Origin: an uncultured Methanosarcinales archaeon
Lineage (GTDB): Archaea > Halobacteriota > Methanosarcinia > Methanotrichales > Methanotrichaceae
Length of the DNA: 64,000 bases
Direction of reading: 5' to 3'
NCBI GenBank assembly: GCA_963843555.1
Contig: CAWJKV010000005.1
Span: forward strand, 96,001 to 160,000
The position numbers and the translations under genes are program-made. Shown here one piece after another: positions 22,354-32,282 of the stretch. Position 1 is the first letter of the stretch; every line of letters begins with the position of its first letter. The notes under the pieces are model-generated. The model saw only the letters and a list, made by a program, of their open reading frames with translations. It ran no database searches and was not told the origin of the DNA.

Positions 22354-23130
22354 ATGAAGGGAGTAGTAGTAGTAATTGCAATTGCCCTTATGGGGCTATG
22401 CGGCACTGTGGTGGCCACTCCGCCTTTAGTTCCGCCCGTACAGTATGAGCAATTCTGTGAAAACCAAAAAGTATCCGGAACAGGGATTATCGATGTCAGT
22501 AGCTCGATAATCGACAAAAAAATCGCTCTTGAATACTTCAGCACCATGAATGGTGACGGCGACCTCGAGCTCGATCAGGAGACCGCCTATTCGCAGAATG
22601 CTGACAAGCTCATGAGGAATATATCCACGGTCAACAATGGAAACAAGTCCAACCTGAACCTTGTCCAGGCTACCAAGATGACCTACAAAGGCGAAACGCC
22701 CTTGACCGGCGGAAAACTCATCAATTCCAAGGCCTTCTATGGAGGTATGGGCGCTAATGTGCAGGAGCTATTCTCGGTGAATGAGATGGAGCAGGATGAG
22801 ACCGCGTTCTTCTCCTCAACCACGCCATACAATCCACCAGGAATGACGCCCGAGAATCTCATTGGCGCGCTCAAGGATGCTGGTAGAGATACGGATGCAG
22901 TTGGCCAGCTGATGGGTAACAACCCGGCTCACCTGGTTGGAATCGAGACCAAGAACACCTTCAACGGCACATGGGGCACCGACGCAAGCTGGCACAAGAT
23001 ATTCTACAAGGATATCAAAGCTCACGAGATGTTCACAGGAACATTCGAAGCCGAGAAGACCATAAAGTTCCATGAGAATCCGGTACCTGAGACGGATTCA
23101 CAAGCACCTTGCGAAGGCATAGACTGCTAG
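22354..23130 (+). CDS. Secreted protein, divergent member of the same domain family
   Basis: Signal peptide, GGGGTGA RBS; motifs VSGTGII, MNGDGDL, GGMGANVQE, FTGTFEAEKTIKF; ends PCEGIDC. Confidence 0.8.
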   Translation: MKGVVVVIAIALMGLCGTVVATPPLVPPVQYEQFCENQKVSGTGIIDVSSSIIDKKIALEYFSTMNGDGDLELDQETAYSQNADKLMRNISTVNNGNKSNLNLVQATKMTYKGETPLTGGKLINSKAFYGGMGANVQELFSVNEMEQDETAFFSSTTPYNPPGMTPENLIGALKDAGRDTDAVGQLMGNNPAHLVGIETKNTFNGTWGTDASWHKIFYKDIKAHEMFTGTFEAEKTIKFHENPVPETDSQAPCEGIDC

Positions 23131-23183
23131 GCTGAAATAGCTCAGCAGTTTTTCTTTTTTTAGGGCTTTATTGGGGGATTAGC

Positions 23184-24401
23184 ATGAAAAGATGTCTGAT
23201 TACGTTAATGATAATATTTGTTCTAACAGCATGCCAGGCAATGGCCACTGTTGAGGACCCGGCCGAAGAAATAGATGATGTATCGGGCAATACCTGTGCT
23301 GGCAACACCTGTGCTGGACCCTCCACACCATCTCTGCCGACATATTTGCCCAGTCCATGTTCCGGGGATTCGGGTTCACTTTCCGTGAGCGTAAGCCTTA
23401 CTGGACCCGAATCAGAGCCTGATAAATCATACACGACCCAGGGCAAACCACTGAGTTTCATAGTCACCATAAGCAACAATGGCAAAACAGAGGCCGATGC
23501 TGAGGTGAATGTCAAGCCAGAGGGTTCGCCATTGGAATGGTTCAGCTGGACGACAACATCCATAAAGATCCCGGCGGGAGCCTCTCGATCCCAGAACCTG
23601 GAAGTCCAGCCGGATATGAATGCAGTAGCTGGAGTGTACAAGTTTTCCGTCCAGGCCTCTGCCAAATGCCGCAACTCGGCTGAATGTCTGGCCCAATTCA
23701 AGGTGCAGGCATTCGACTATGCATCAGAGACCGCCATCAGTGGTTCCGGTCAGTTCCAGATCAATAAGGATCTTCGCTCGATGAACTCAGGGATAAAGTC
23801 CACCAAAAATGTGATATTCAGCGGCACTGTGGATGCTATTGTAAAGAATGAATACCTGGTGGACGAGGCAAAGGGCAAAAATGCCAACTTCCAGGAACAG
23901 GACGCCGTTGACAACTACAACGCCGTTGCCAGTGGAGATGCACTTGTGGGAACAGAGAGCTTCAAGAGCTCCGCGGTCTTCGGAGGAGTGGGTGCTAAAG
24001 TAAGGGAGAGCTACGATGTGCAGCAGATGGAATTCAAGAGCCAGGACTTCACACTTCATCAGACTGGATCCTTAAAGAAGTCCGCGGAGTTCCAGACGGC
24101 GAACAACTTCACAGGATACTATCTGATAGACGCCAAGCAGACAATTCCCGGCCAGAAGAGCCTGAAAGAGCTTGAGGAGTATTTCGGCTCCTTTGAGATC
24201 AATAGGAGAATACTCTTCCGGAACGATGCCGAATCCACGACTCCATGCCAGGAGGGAGATTGCCTGAAAACACCTGGTGTAAAAAGCCCAAGCAGTCCTG
24301 CCTTCACCAGTCCCTGTTTGAGCGGCTCATGCAATGACTTCGTAAATAGGCTGAATACTTTCGACCAAGCCACCAGTATGAGCCCTTTCTTTTTTTCCTG
24401 A
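23184..24401 (+). CDS. Secreted protein: Ig-like domain plus the same family domain, Cys-rich termini
   Basis: Signal peptide, Ig-like segment (VTISNNG...AGVYKFSVQAS), ISGSGQF, GGVGAKVRE, YFGSFEINRRI. Confidence 0.8.
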   Translation: MKRCLITLMIIFVLTACQAMATVEDPAEEIDDVSGNTCAGNTCAGPSTPSLPTYLPSPCSGDSGSLSVSVSLTGPESEPDKSYTTQGKPLSFIVTISNNGKTEADAEVNVKPEGSPLEWFSWTTTSIKIPAGASRSQNLEVQPDMNAVAGVYKFSVQASAKCRNSAECLAQFKVQAFDYASETAISGSGQFQINKDLRSMNSGIKSTKNVIFSGTVDAIVKNEYLVDEAKGKNANFQEQDAVDNYNAVASGDALVGTESFKSSAVFGGVGAKVRESYDVQQMEFKSQDFTLHQTGSLKKSAEFQTANNFTGYYLIDAKQTIPGQKSLKELEEYFGSFEINRRILFRNDAESTTPCQEGDCLKTPGVKSPSSPAFTSPCLSGSCNDFVNRLNTFDQATSMSPFFFS

Positions 24402-24613
24402 ATTACGCACTATTCTTTCTATTTGAAAGTAAATCCACAATATAAATGGCAGCCAAAACCTTGAAATAGACTCCAGAGAACTAGATAACGGGTGTTAGGG
24501 TTCATCAGGAGAGTAATGGCCGTACATAAAGGTTACCGGCCCTGATTATTGTCAGAGGCCAAAGCGACCCCATAAATTTCCGGGGGCATCCGGCCAAAAG
24601 GAGGTAGTGTGGA

Positions 24614-25324
24614 TTGAAGAGAAAATTGATCGTTCTTGCGATTATCGCCATAGCTCTGGTGGGCATGGCGGGGGCTGCCAATTACATGTACGAGAAATCG
24701 TCTGTAAAAGGAGTAGGTTATCGGAGCCTGGAGATGGTTATCTCCACACAAAACGGCTTCAATGGACAGAAGCTGGTGGAGAAGCAGTCCGGTTCGGGAA
24801 ATGTAATTACTTCCAGGATAGAACTGGAAGCTGAGAGGCAGCCAACGAATCTGGATTGTCCCTGGCCGACCGGCAGCACTCCCATGGACTACATAAACTT
24901 CACCTCGGAACAGGAGCTGGAGTATATGCCCGTCTCATATCAGACCGGCACCTATGATCAGAAATGGGTGGACAAGCTCTGTGTGCAGAACTACAAGATC
25001 GGCGCCGTTCTGACTGAGATGTACACTCATGCTGAGCACCTGCAGAAGACCACCGAGGTCAAGACGAGAGGATACAATGGTCCCGTGACGAACTGCTGCA
25101 CAGGTGTTCTCGAGGCTAACCTCAACAGCAACGTAATCGGCGTGGCCCACATTGGATGGATCTCCCGGGACCCCACCGGCGACCCACAGCTGAAAGGCCG
25201 CCATGCTGAATATGGCCGCAGTGTCGAAGACCTCACCGGTGTCTTCTCCATTGAGAAGTTCATCCAGCTCTGGGGCAACTCCACCTGTGGAGCCGTCAGC
25301 GTTGATTGGCTGCCCTGTGTGTAA
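24614..25324 (+). CDS. Secreted Cys-rich beta-strand protein, paralog 3 (TTG start)
   Basis: Highly similar to paralogs 1 and 2; GGAGGT RBS; ends DWLPCV. Confidence 0.85.
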   Translation: MKRKLIVLAIIAIALVGMAGAANYMYEKSSVKGVGYRSLEMVISTQNGFNGQKLVEKQSGSGNVITSRIELEAERQPTNLDCPWPTGSTPMDYINFTSEQELEYMPVSYQTGTYDQKWVDKLCVQNYKIGAVLTEMYTHAEHLQKTTEVKTRGYNGPVTNCCTGVLEANLNSNVIGVAHIGWISRDPTGDPQLKGRHAEYGRSVEDLTGVFSIEKFIQLWGNSTCGAVSVDWLPCV

Positions 25325-25349
25325 ATACCTGAAGTGGAATAACAGAGAA

Positions 25350-25389
25350 GCGCCGCAGCAAAATTCGGCGCCAATCTTTTCTTTTTTTG
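25350..25389 (+). terminator. Hairpin plus T-tract
   Basis: GCGCCG...CGGCGC followed by CTTTTCTTTTTT. Confidence 0.6.
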
Positions 25390-25656
25390 ACTGCAGTTCT
25401 CGGGACTATTTTCGCCAATTTGGTCCAAAGACCACCTTCGTCTTGTACCGGTTACACTCACGATATCTCGTCCGGTTTGAAAGCCTTTGCATTTGGAATT
25501 CAAACTGGAGATCGTCCTTCAGGGGATTTTACTCCGAGGATCATACCCTATCACTCTGAAGCTTCAATACAATCGAGGTGTCTCATATTCTCCGGCATCA
25601 AGCGATTTAGAAAGAAAAGAAAAAAGAATCCGAAGATCGCTGAACCAATCCTTCGA

Positions 25657-26193
25657 TTATTTGATTTTTACTTTTTCTGCAGCTTTTGCACCCTCAGCCA
25701 GTTCTGCGCCAAGAGCTACCAGCGCCCCTGGCTGTATGAAACCTTCCGCCAGAACTACTCCATCTTGTTTTAGAACTAGCTCTTTCAATTTCTTGGCCCA
25801 AAGGTGCTCAACAAGCAAAAAGCCGGCCGCTGTACCTTTGGGGATGTCCTTCGCAATTTCCATTATCTTTTCCTGGCTAAGCCCGAATTCCTTCTGAGCT
25901 ACCCTCTCAGCGCCTGCCTTTGCTCCTGCCATAGCACCCTCTTTGCCAGCCGCGCCAAGGCCGATAAGTGCTCCTATTCCTGCACCTAATTTCATCCTAT
26001 CTTCGTCGGAAAGTTCGGTAATTTGAGCAGCCGCAATGTCTCCCTTTGCATCCTTCAGGATCGCCAAGAGTCCTATAACTCTTATGATCTTAGCTTCACT
26101 GAGCCTAAATATCTCTGTGAGAACATCGCCTTTCATCTTATTCACATCTGGGAATCCCAGCGCGATTATCTGTATCGGACCAAATTCAACCAA
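25657..26193 (-). CDS. DUF1269-like uncharacterised membrane protein
   Basis: Gly/Ala zipper (GAGIGALIGLGAAG), PKGTAAGFLLVEHLWA; GGAGG RBS before a TTG start. Confidence 0.7.
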   Translation of the reverse strand: MVEFGPIQIIALGFPDVNKMKGDVLTEIFRLSEAKIIRVIGLLAILKDAKGDIAAAQITELSDEDRMKLGAGIGALIGLGAAGKEGAMAGAKAGAERVAQKEFGLSQEKIMEIAKDIPKGTAAGFLLVEHLWAKKLKELVLKQDGVVLAEGFIQPGALVALGAELAEGAKAAEKVKIK

Positions 26194-26489
26194 TTAGACT
26201 CCTCCTGGTCTTGATATCCCCATTTTCAATGGTCAGGATATGTTTACAAGTACCATTATATATAGGTTCTTGAAGTGCGCTCAAATTCATCAGAAGTGGG
26301 AGGGAATTCAATTCAGCCCCAGCAACTCCGTTCCGTTTGAAAATGAGATCCAGTAGGCAAGGATACGATCTCTCAATTGCATTCTGCTTGCATGGTCTCA
26401 GCCCGGCGAACGCAGGCTGCAAGATGGGCGGACAGCAATCCAGGGATGCCAGGCAAAGAGATATATCGGAAGAAGCAAATTATAAATCG

Positions 26490-27242
26490 ATGAAAAGACT
26501 GACTGCCTTTGTCTCAGGAACGGTCCAGAAGACCGGCTACCGTGCAAAGGTAGTAAATCTGGCGAATTTTCTGGGACTTATGGGATTTGTGCAGAACCTT
26601 CCCGACGGCAGAGTGAAGGTTGTGGCGGAAGGTGATGATTCTATCCTAGAGCGTTTCCTCAATGATTTAAGGATCAAAGATCCTCTGATCGATGTGCAGG
26701 ACATCGAAAGTAATTACACTTCTGCCAGGGGTGACTTCATAAGATTTGAAAAGATGGTCGCCAATGGTGAAACGGATCAACGCCTGGACAAAGCAGCAGA
26801 ACTGCTCGGTGATCTAATCGTTGTCAACAAGCAGATTGTGGCCCAATTAATAATAAATAATGAGGAGACCAAGGGCGTCCGGGAAGAGGTCAGAGGCTCT
26901 CGCGAAGACATCCGAGCGGTTCATGAAGAAGTTAAAGGTGTTCGAGAAGAGGTCAGAGGCTCTCGCGAAGACATCCGAGCGGTTCATGAAGAGGTTAAAG
27001 GTGTTCGAGAAGAGATCAAAGGCTCTCGCGAAGATACAAACAAAGTCCGTGAATCCATCCAGGATGCTAGCCAGGAGATCACTTCCTCCTGTGAGATAAT
27101 CGCAGAGAAGATAGATGATGCCAGAGAAGAGATTGCAGATAGTGTTAAAGAGCTTCATTCTGATTTAAAAGATGATCTAAAAGAGAGATTGGTCCGAATG
27201 GAGGCAGATGTCTCGCAGATAAAAGCCAGGATCGGCCTGTAA
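26490..27242 (+). CDS. Acylphosphatase domain fused to a repeat-containing coiled coil
   Basis: VSGTVQKTGYR and GFVQNLPDGRVKVVAEG; heptad-repeat tail. Confidence 0.85.
   Translation: MKRLTAFVSGTVQKTGYRAKVVNLANFLGLMGFVQNLPDGRVKVVAEGDDSILERFLNDLRIKDPLIDVQDIESNYTSARGDFIRFEKMVANGETDQRLDKAAELLGDLIVVNKQIVAQLIINNEETKGVREEVRGSREDIRAVHEEVKGVREEVRGSREDIRAVHEEVKGVREEIKGSREDTNKVRESIQDASQEITSSCEIIAEKIDDAREEIADSVKELHSDLKDDLKERLVRMEADVSQIKARIGL
26862..27034 (+). repeat. 63-bp tandem repeat, about 2.7 copies (EEVKGVREEVRGSREDIRAVH)
   Basis: Directly visible in DNA and protein. Confidence 0.85.
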
Positions 27243-27311
27243 AGAAATCCACAAATCAACCCCCCCATTTCCTTCTATTCTGTGCAGTCCTAATTCCCAA
27301 AAAAATCAAGG

Positions 27312-27491
27312 TTATATAAAATATAAAACAATAATGAGAACGATGCGGGGAGAGTGAAGTCGAGGCCCTGTGCAGAATATTGCGCTCTCCAACACATCCG
27401 TCTTCGGACATGATTCCTGCAGAATCTCCAATCGTTTCAGCATCCGCCCCGCCGCCATGCACCTCTCCGCCCAGGAGACATCGACTGCCAT
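27312..27491 (-). CDS. Possible 59-aa small protein (MAVDVSWAERC...)
   Basis: Manual translation with a GGGGGT RBS-like motif; no recognisable family. Confidence 0.25.
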   Translation of the reverse strand: MAVDVSWAERCMAAGRMLKRLEILQESCPKTDVLESAIFCTGPRLHSPRIVLIIVLYFI

Positions 27492-27587
27492 CTACCCCCG
27501 GTCCAAAACGTCGATCTGAATCATAACTTCTACCAGAGCTCGACTTTCAACCGCAAACTACAAGTATCCATAACGACTAAATAGGTA

Positions 27588-28095
27588 GTTTGCCGCTTCA
27601 TGCAAAGGGCGGCGGGCGTGTCGTGGGCCTAACGTATGCCGATAATGCTCTGTTCGGCAAGGCTGATTCAATCGCTGTCCCTCCGAGGGGCAGTTTGCGG
27701 TCGCTTATAAGATCAGATCGCTTCCTTGTTCCAGGAGATGCATGCCGTCGTGGTACTGCATTCGGCTACGAGCCTGTGAGACTTGAACTTCGGCAGCCAA
27801 AAAAAAGTTGCGCACGGTAACAGGTGCAGCAATCTGCCGAAAGGATCTCGCGCTAATACACGACCGGGGCATGAAGCGGCACAAAGCCAAAGGCGAGAGG
27901 CGAGCATGAGGCCCAGTGAGTTCGGGTTCCCGTGAAACGGACGCTGTGTCAAATTCCAGCGCTGTGTCGCCTCCAAGCCCAGATTAAAGTCGAGCTTCGG
28001 GCAGGCCAGGTCATCACTTCTGTGATTGGCTCCTCCTAAAAGGGCGCTGTGGATTTCGGCGCTGGCCCGCCCGGGAATCGATTATGCAGTTTTTC
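27588..28095 (+). ncRNA. Candidate large structured non-coding RNA, unassigned
   Basis: 13-bp perfect closing stem and more than 10 nested helices; upstream BRE/TATA-like element, downstream T-tract; no convincing ORF. Confidence 0.55.
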
Positions 28096-28182
28096 TATTC
28101 TTCCCTCCCAGATGGTGGTTTTATACTCTTGATTCTTCCTAATCGAAAGCCTTAAATATCGGCAATCGACGTATAGTATATT

Positions 28183-28246
28183 GGCGAAAGTCAATGGCTA
28201 ATTTTCTCCCTCCTACACCCAGAAGACTTTTGCCTCCCTCCTTCTT
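28183..28246 (+). ncRNA. Candidate sRNA hairpin with anti-SD (CCCTCC) motifs
   Basis: CGAAAG-CCTTAAATAT promoter-like element ~30 nt upstream; GGCGAAAGTC/GACTTTTGCC stem; related copy at 32507-32538 on the minus strand. Confidence 0.5.
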
Positions 28247-28657
28247 ATGCATAAATGCTTTCAGGTGATGCACTATTACTCAGGAGACAAAAAATTATTA
28301 ATTTCTATCCCGTCTTGAAATCGGAATCCTTTACCTTCAGTCCTCCTCTTTCAGCCTGCAGGTCGCAGGGATCGCCTCGTGCCTTCATCACCTCTACTTT
28401 TCGTCCATCCAATTCAGTCTCGGCTGAGTCTTCTGATCTTTTTTCAGTCAATTCATTCACCTCAATCAGAAAGGAAATTCGCACCTGATGATGATTATTA
28501 AGGAATCCATATTGATAAAGTATTGCCTTAACAAGACAAATTTATTTAAGATTATCCAGAAAGCCAGCGAGACAGATTATGACCCGTGAGCACGTCTTTC
28601 ATTACAGAATCAGCGGCTTATGTGGACTGATAGAGATGTTGCCTGTCACCATAATGG

Positions 28658-31003
28658 CTAATTGTAAGATCCCAGGACAGTTCGCAACTCTTCAAGATTC
28701 ACCGGTTTGGTTATGTAATCGTTCATGCCTGATGCGATGCATTTCTCCCGATCGCCTTGCATAGCATAGGCAGTGATGGCGATGATCTTAGGCCATTCAG
28801 GCGACTTTTCACGGATCTTCCTGGCGGCATCCAGCCCGTCCATCTCAGGCATCTGGATGTCCATGAGAACTACATCATAGGGCTGACGTTCCAGGGCGGC
28901 CAAGACCTCCAGCCCATTGGCGGCGACATCTGCACGATAGTTCAGCTTATTGAGCATCTTCAAGATTACCTTCTGGTTGATAATATTGTCCTCCGCGACC
29001 AATATGCGCAGAGCACGATCATGATCTGTTTGCATCTTGGTGTCTATCAACGGGGCCGGTTCTCTGCTTGTCACAGGCTGGAAGGAAGATTCCTTCGCCA
29101 GTATCGTAAAATGGAATACTGAACCTTTGCCTGGCTCGGATTCAGCCCAAATTCTGCCGCCCATCAGCCCAACAAGCCTCTTGCTTATGGCGAGACCAAG
29201 GCCAGTGCCGCCGTATCTGCGCGTAGTTGAGGGTTCAACCTGGCTGAAAGATTGGAATAGGTGGCTCATCTTATCCGCAGGGATTCCAATTCCTGTGTCC
29301 CTAACTGCGAAGTGGATCTCATAGTTGTCTCCTTCGAGATTCTTGCTCGAAACCGAGATATTCACCTCGCCTGAATGCGTGAATTTAACCGCATTGCTGA
29401 GCAGATTGGCCAGGACTTGGCGTAATCTTGTTGGGTCGCATATGATCGTTTTTGGAGTGTTGTTATCTATGTCGTAGGCAATTGTCAAGCCTTTTTCAGA
29501 CGCATTCGAAGCTACCAGATCAATGGCGTCCTCTATGCTGCCTTTAATATCAAAGGACTGTATCTCCAATTCCATCTTGCCATTATCAATCTTTGAAAAG
29601 TCCAGAATATCGTTGATAATCGATAACAGGGCGTCACCACTGATTCGGATGGTCTCGACATAATCGAGCTGCTCACGAGTCAGATCGGTTCTGAGTAGAA
29701 GACCTGTCAGGCCTATGACCGCGTTCATGGGAGTTCGTATCTCGTGGCTCATGTTGGCCAGAAACTCGGATTTGGCAATCGTTGCGGCCTCTGCAGCTTC
29801 CTTGGACTTCCGTAGATCCTCCTCTATACGTTTGCGATCCTGGATCTCGTTTTGCAGCTCTATATTGGTCGCTTCGAGCTGTGCTGTGCGTTCAATGACC
29901 CGGTCTTCGAGATCCTCATTTAGCTTTCTGACCTCCCTTTCAGCTCGTTTGGATGCCTCGTATAGACTTTCGTTCTCTTTAAGAGCCACGATTTGGCGGA
30001 TGATGATCAAACCGATGATGCCTCCCACACCCCACGATAGATGAAGGGTGCTCACCGGAAGTGGGTGATCATAGCTCCAGAGGAGAAGGATGTAAGCTGC
30101 TCCTGCGCAAATATATGGCAGATAATGAGGTTTCATGAACTGAAAAATATCAATTTCAAGATAACGAGAAGAGGATGAGTCCGTAAGAGTGGATGTTGGA
30201 GAAGAGGACCCGGGTTTCAGGGAATTGGCCTGCAGTACACCTGCGAGTCCGACCAACGAATAGGCAATGATCCAACCCGTATCCAAAAGGCCTCCCGGAT
30301 CATAAGTACCCTGCAAAGATTGGCTCGTATAAGGGATATCCGTTCCAATAAACATAGCCGTTCCCATAACCAAAAGCATTAGTGGGCCCATCCGCCGGGA
30401 TTTGACCCTCCGGAACAGCAGCTCTATCAGAGCAAAGAACAGCATTAGATCCATAACCGTATAAGCTACAGAGAGAGTTTGAATAAGGATGTCTGAGCCT
30501 GCGTTGTATTCAATAGTCGGCGCGATCAACAAGGCCCAAAATAGCATGACTGAGGCAATCACCACTATTCCCTCATCCAGCATGACCTTTAGCCTCTCGC
30601 TGGAGGTCAAAGAAATGCTTGGCAAGAGAAGAATACCTATGATGAAAAGAGGATACTGCATCAGATACGGTACATCGGCCAGGGAGGGGAAGGGAGACTG
30701 ATGCAGTATAAGTTCGTAGAACGTCCAGATAATATCGCCAATAGCATGACTGATCATGGCCAAAGCCAAAACAGCCCAGGCCAATTGGACCTCTCTTCTG
30801 CAAATGGCAGACCTTTGGGCTGCAGAGAACAGAGCAAGAACAGCCAGCATATCGACCAAAATACATAGCAAATCATTCGCCGCGGTTCGAAGCTCGCCGC
30901 TCAAGAGGATGCTAAAGGCTATCGAGCTGAGGGTAAGGAAGGCTGCCAGTAACAGAGCCGTGCGGAAAGAGATAATCGGTATTGTGTATCGATCGGCGGT
31001 CAT
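28658..31003 (-). CDS. Membrane-bound hybrid histidine kinase/response regulator
   Basis: Multi-TM N-terminus, [16 protein letters not shown]-box, NAVKFT, GTGLGL, receiver domain (LMDIQMP). Confidence 0.95.
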   Translation of the reverse strand: MTADRYTIPIISFRTALLLAAFLTLSSIAFSILLSGELRTAANDLLCILVDMLAVLALFSAAQRSAICRREVQLAWAVLALAMISHAIGDIIWTFYELILHQSPFPSLADVPYLMQYPLFIIGILLLPSISLTSSERLKVMLDEGIVVIASVMLFWALLIAPTIEYNAGSDILIQTLSVAYTVMDLMLFFALIELLFRRVKSRRMGPLMLLVMGTAMFIGTDIPYTSQSLQGTYDPGGLLDTGWIIAYSLVGLAGVLQANSLKPGSSSPTSTLTDSSSSRYLEIDIFQFMKPHYLPYICAGAAYILLLWSYDHPLPVSTLHLSWGVGGIIGLIIIRQIVALKENESLYEASKRAEREVRKLNEDLEDRVIERTAQLEATNIELQNEIQDRKRIEEDLRKSKEAAEAATIAKSEFLANMSHEIRTPMNAVIGLTGLLLRTDLTREQLDYVETIRISGDALLSIINDILDFSKIDNGKMELEIQSFDIKGSIEDAIDLVASNASEKGLTIAYDIDNNTPKTIICDPTRLRQVLANLLSNAVKFTHSGEVNISVSSKNLEGDNYEIHFAVRDTGIGIPADKMSHLFQSFSQVEPSTTRRYGGTGLGLAISKRLVGLMGGRIWAESEPGKGSVFHFTILAKESSFQPVTSREPAPLIDTKMQTDHDRALRILVAEDNIINQKVILKMLNKLNYRADVAANGLEVLAALERQPYDVVLMDIQMPEMDGLDAARKIREKSPEWPKIIAITAYAMQGDREKCIASGMNDYITKPVNLEELRTVLGSYN

Positions 31004-31450
31004 CTGCGGAAGCCTTTAATTTTTTGCCGCTCTCCTATCGTATGCCTGAAAAGCAATGGCGAAACTATTTTCAAATATCGTCCTATATCCTTTTTCTAAT
31101 ATTGAGCTATGATCGATGATAAGATGAACTCCATCTTCCAACGGGGATAAAAAGCTTGCGTCAAGCTGGCAAAAGCTTTCCGAGATCGTCATTCGCAAGT
31201 TCGATTGCACTGACGATTGAACACTGCTTTGATTAGCTTATGAGGGCATAGGCTACGCCCTATCGCGAAGCACATCATTTCATCGACGATGACGAGCGCT
31301 GGCGGCAGTCCTTTGAGGACGCATCCCTTCTTACAGCGCAAGGCCTTTCAGGGGTGCACTCCAATTCATGAGCGTTGAATAATCAGAAAAACTTAACTAT
31401 AATGATATGAAATAAAGATTAGAGTTCAAAAGGGGATTCAAGGGATTTAA

Positions 31451-32282
31451 ATGAAGGCGAGGAATAATTCGGATTCTTTTAGCGTGCTCTTTGTTGATAG
31501 TGGTATTTATCTGCTCAGGTCAGGCCATCACCACCAAAGATCTTTTGTTCGCAGGAAATGATCAAAGCTCAGAACCTATCAAGTCTGTGGCGGCAAATGC
31601 CCTGAACCAGGCGCCTTCTGCCAAGAGTCTGACGCCGGATCAAGAAGGTCCGATAACAGCAGGCTCTACAGTCATTTGGACGGGAAATGCTTACGATCCG
31701 GATGGAGATAAGCTGTTTTATCAGTTCTGGTTGAATGGACCGATGACAGGAAACACCTGGCAACCTATGACCGGCTGGAGCGAGGATAACACATGGAACT
31801 GGACCACCAGCTCCATCGATGACGGCATAAATATCATAGATATGCGCGTCAAGGATGGACGCCATGCGCCAGCTGGAGGACATGATAGTCATATCAGTGC
31901 TGAATATGTTGTTATCAACTCGATGGGTATTGGAGGCAGCCCAGGAATAAACTCCAAGCCAACTATCCTGAGCCTCAAATCGGATAGACAGAGCCCTCAA
32001 GACAAAGGTGTCACAGTAACCTGGACAGCAAAAGGCTCTGATCCGGATAAGGATACAATTCTTTATCAGTATGTTCTCAAAGGGCCTTCGACTGAAGAGC
32101 AATGGCTGCCTGTGACTTCCTGGACCACAAACAACGTCTGGGTATGGAATACGGGTCAGTCAAAGGCTGGCGTATACATGATAGAAGTCTGGCTGAGAGA
32201 TGGATACCATGCAGATGTAGATAATTCGGATGCCTCTGTTAGGATGCCGTTTGTCGTAATGCAGAAAGGAATAATCCAATAA
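31451..32282 (+). CDS. Secreted protein with two tandem Ig/PKD-like repeats (probable frameshift near 31470)
   Basis: Two repeats of WT..A.DPD.D...YQ..L.GP....W.P.T.W...N.W.W.T; the ATG at 31451 is out of frame with the signal peptide. Confidence 0.7.

Noticed and set aside
19968..25324. Diversity-generating retroelement template/variable repeats
   Set aside because: No reverse transcriptase in the window; differences are not adenine-specific and whole genes are duplicated.
27343..27350. att-site duplication of the tRNA-Leu 3' end (ATGCGGGG)
   Set aside because: Only an 8-bp match, expected by chance, and no integrase is present.
27588..28095. RNase P RNA, SRP RNA or group II intron
   Set aside because: I did not find the GAGGAAAGUCC P4 motif, the SRP helix 8 motif or a domain V AGC/CGC-GNRA hairpin on either strand by eye.
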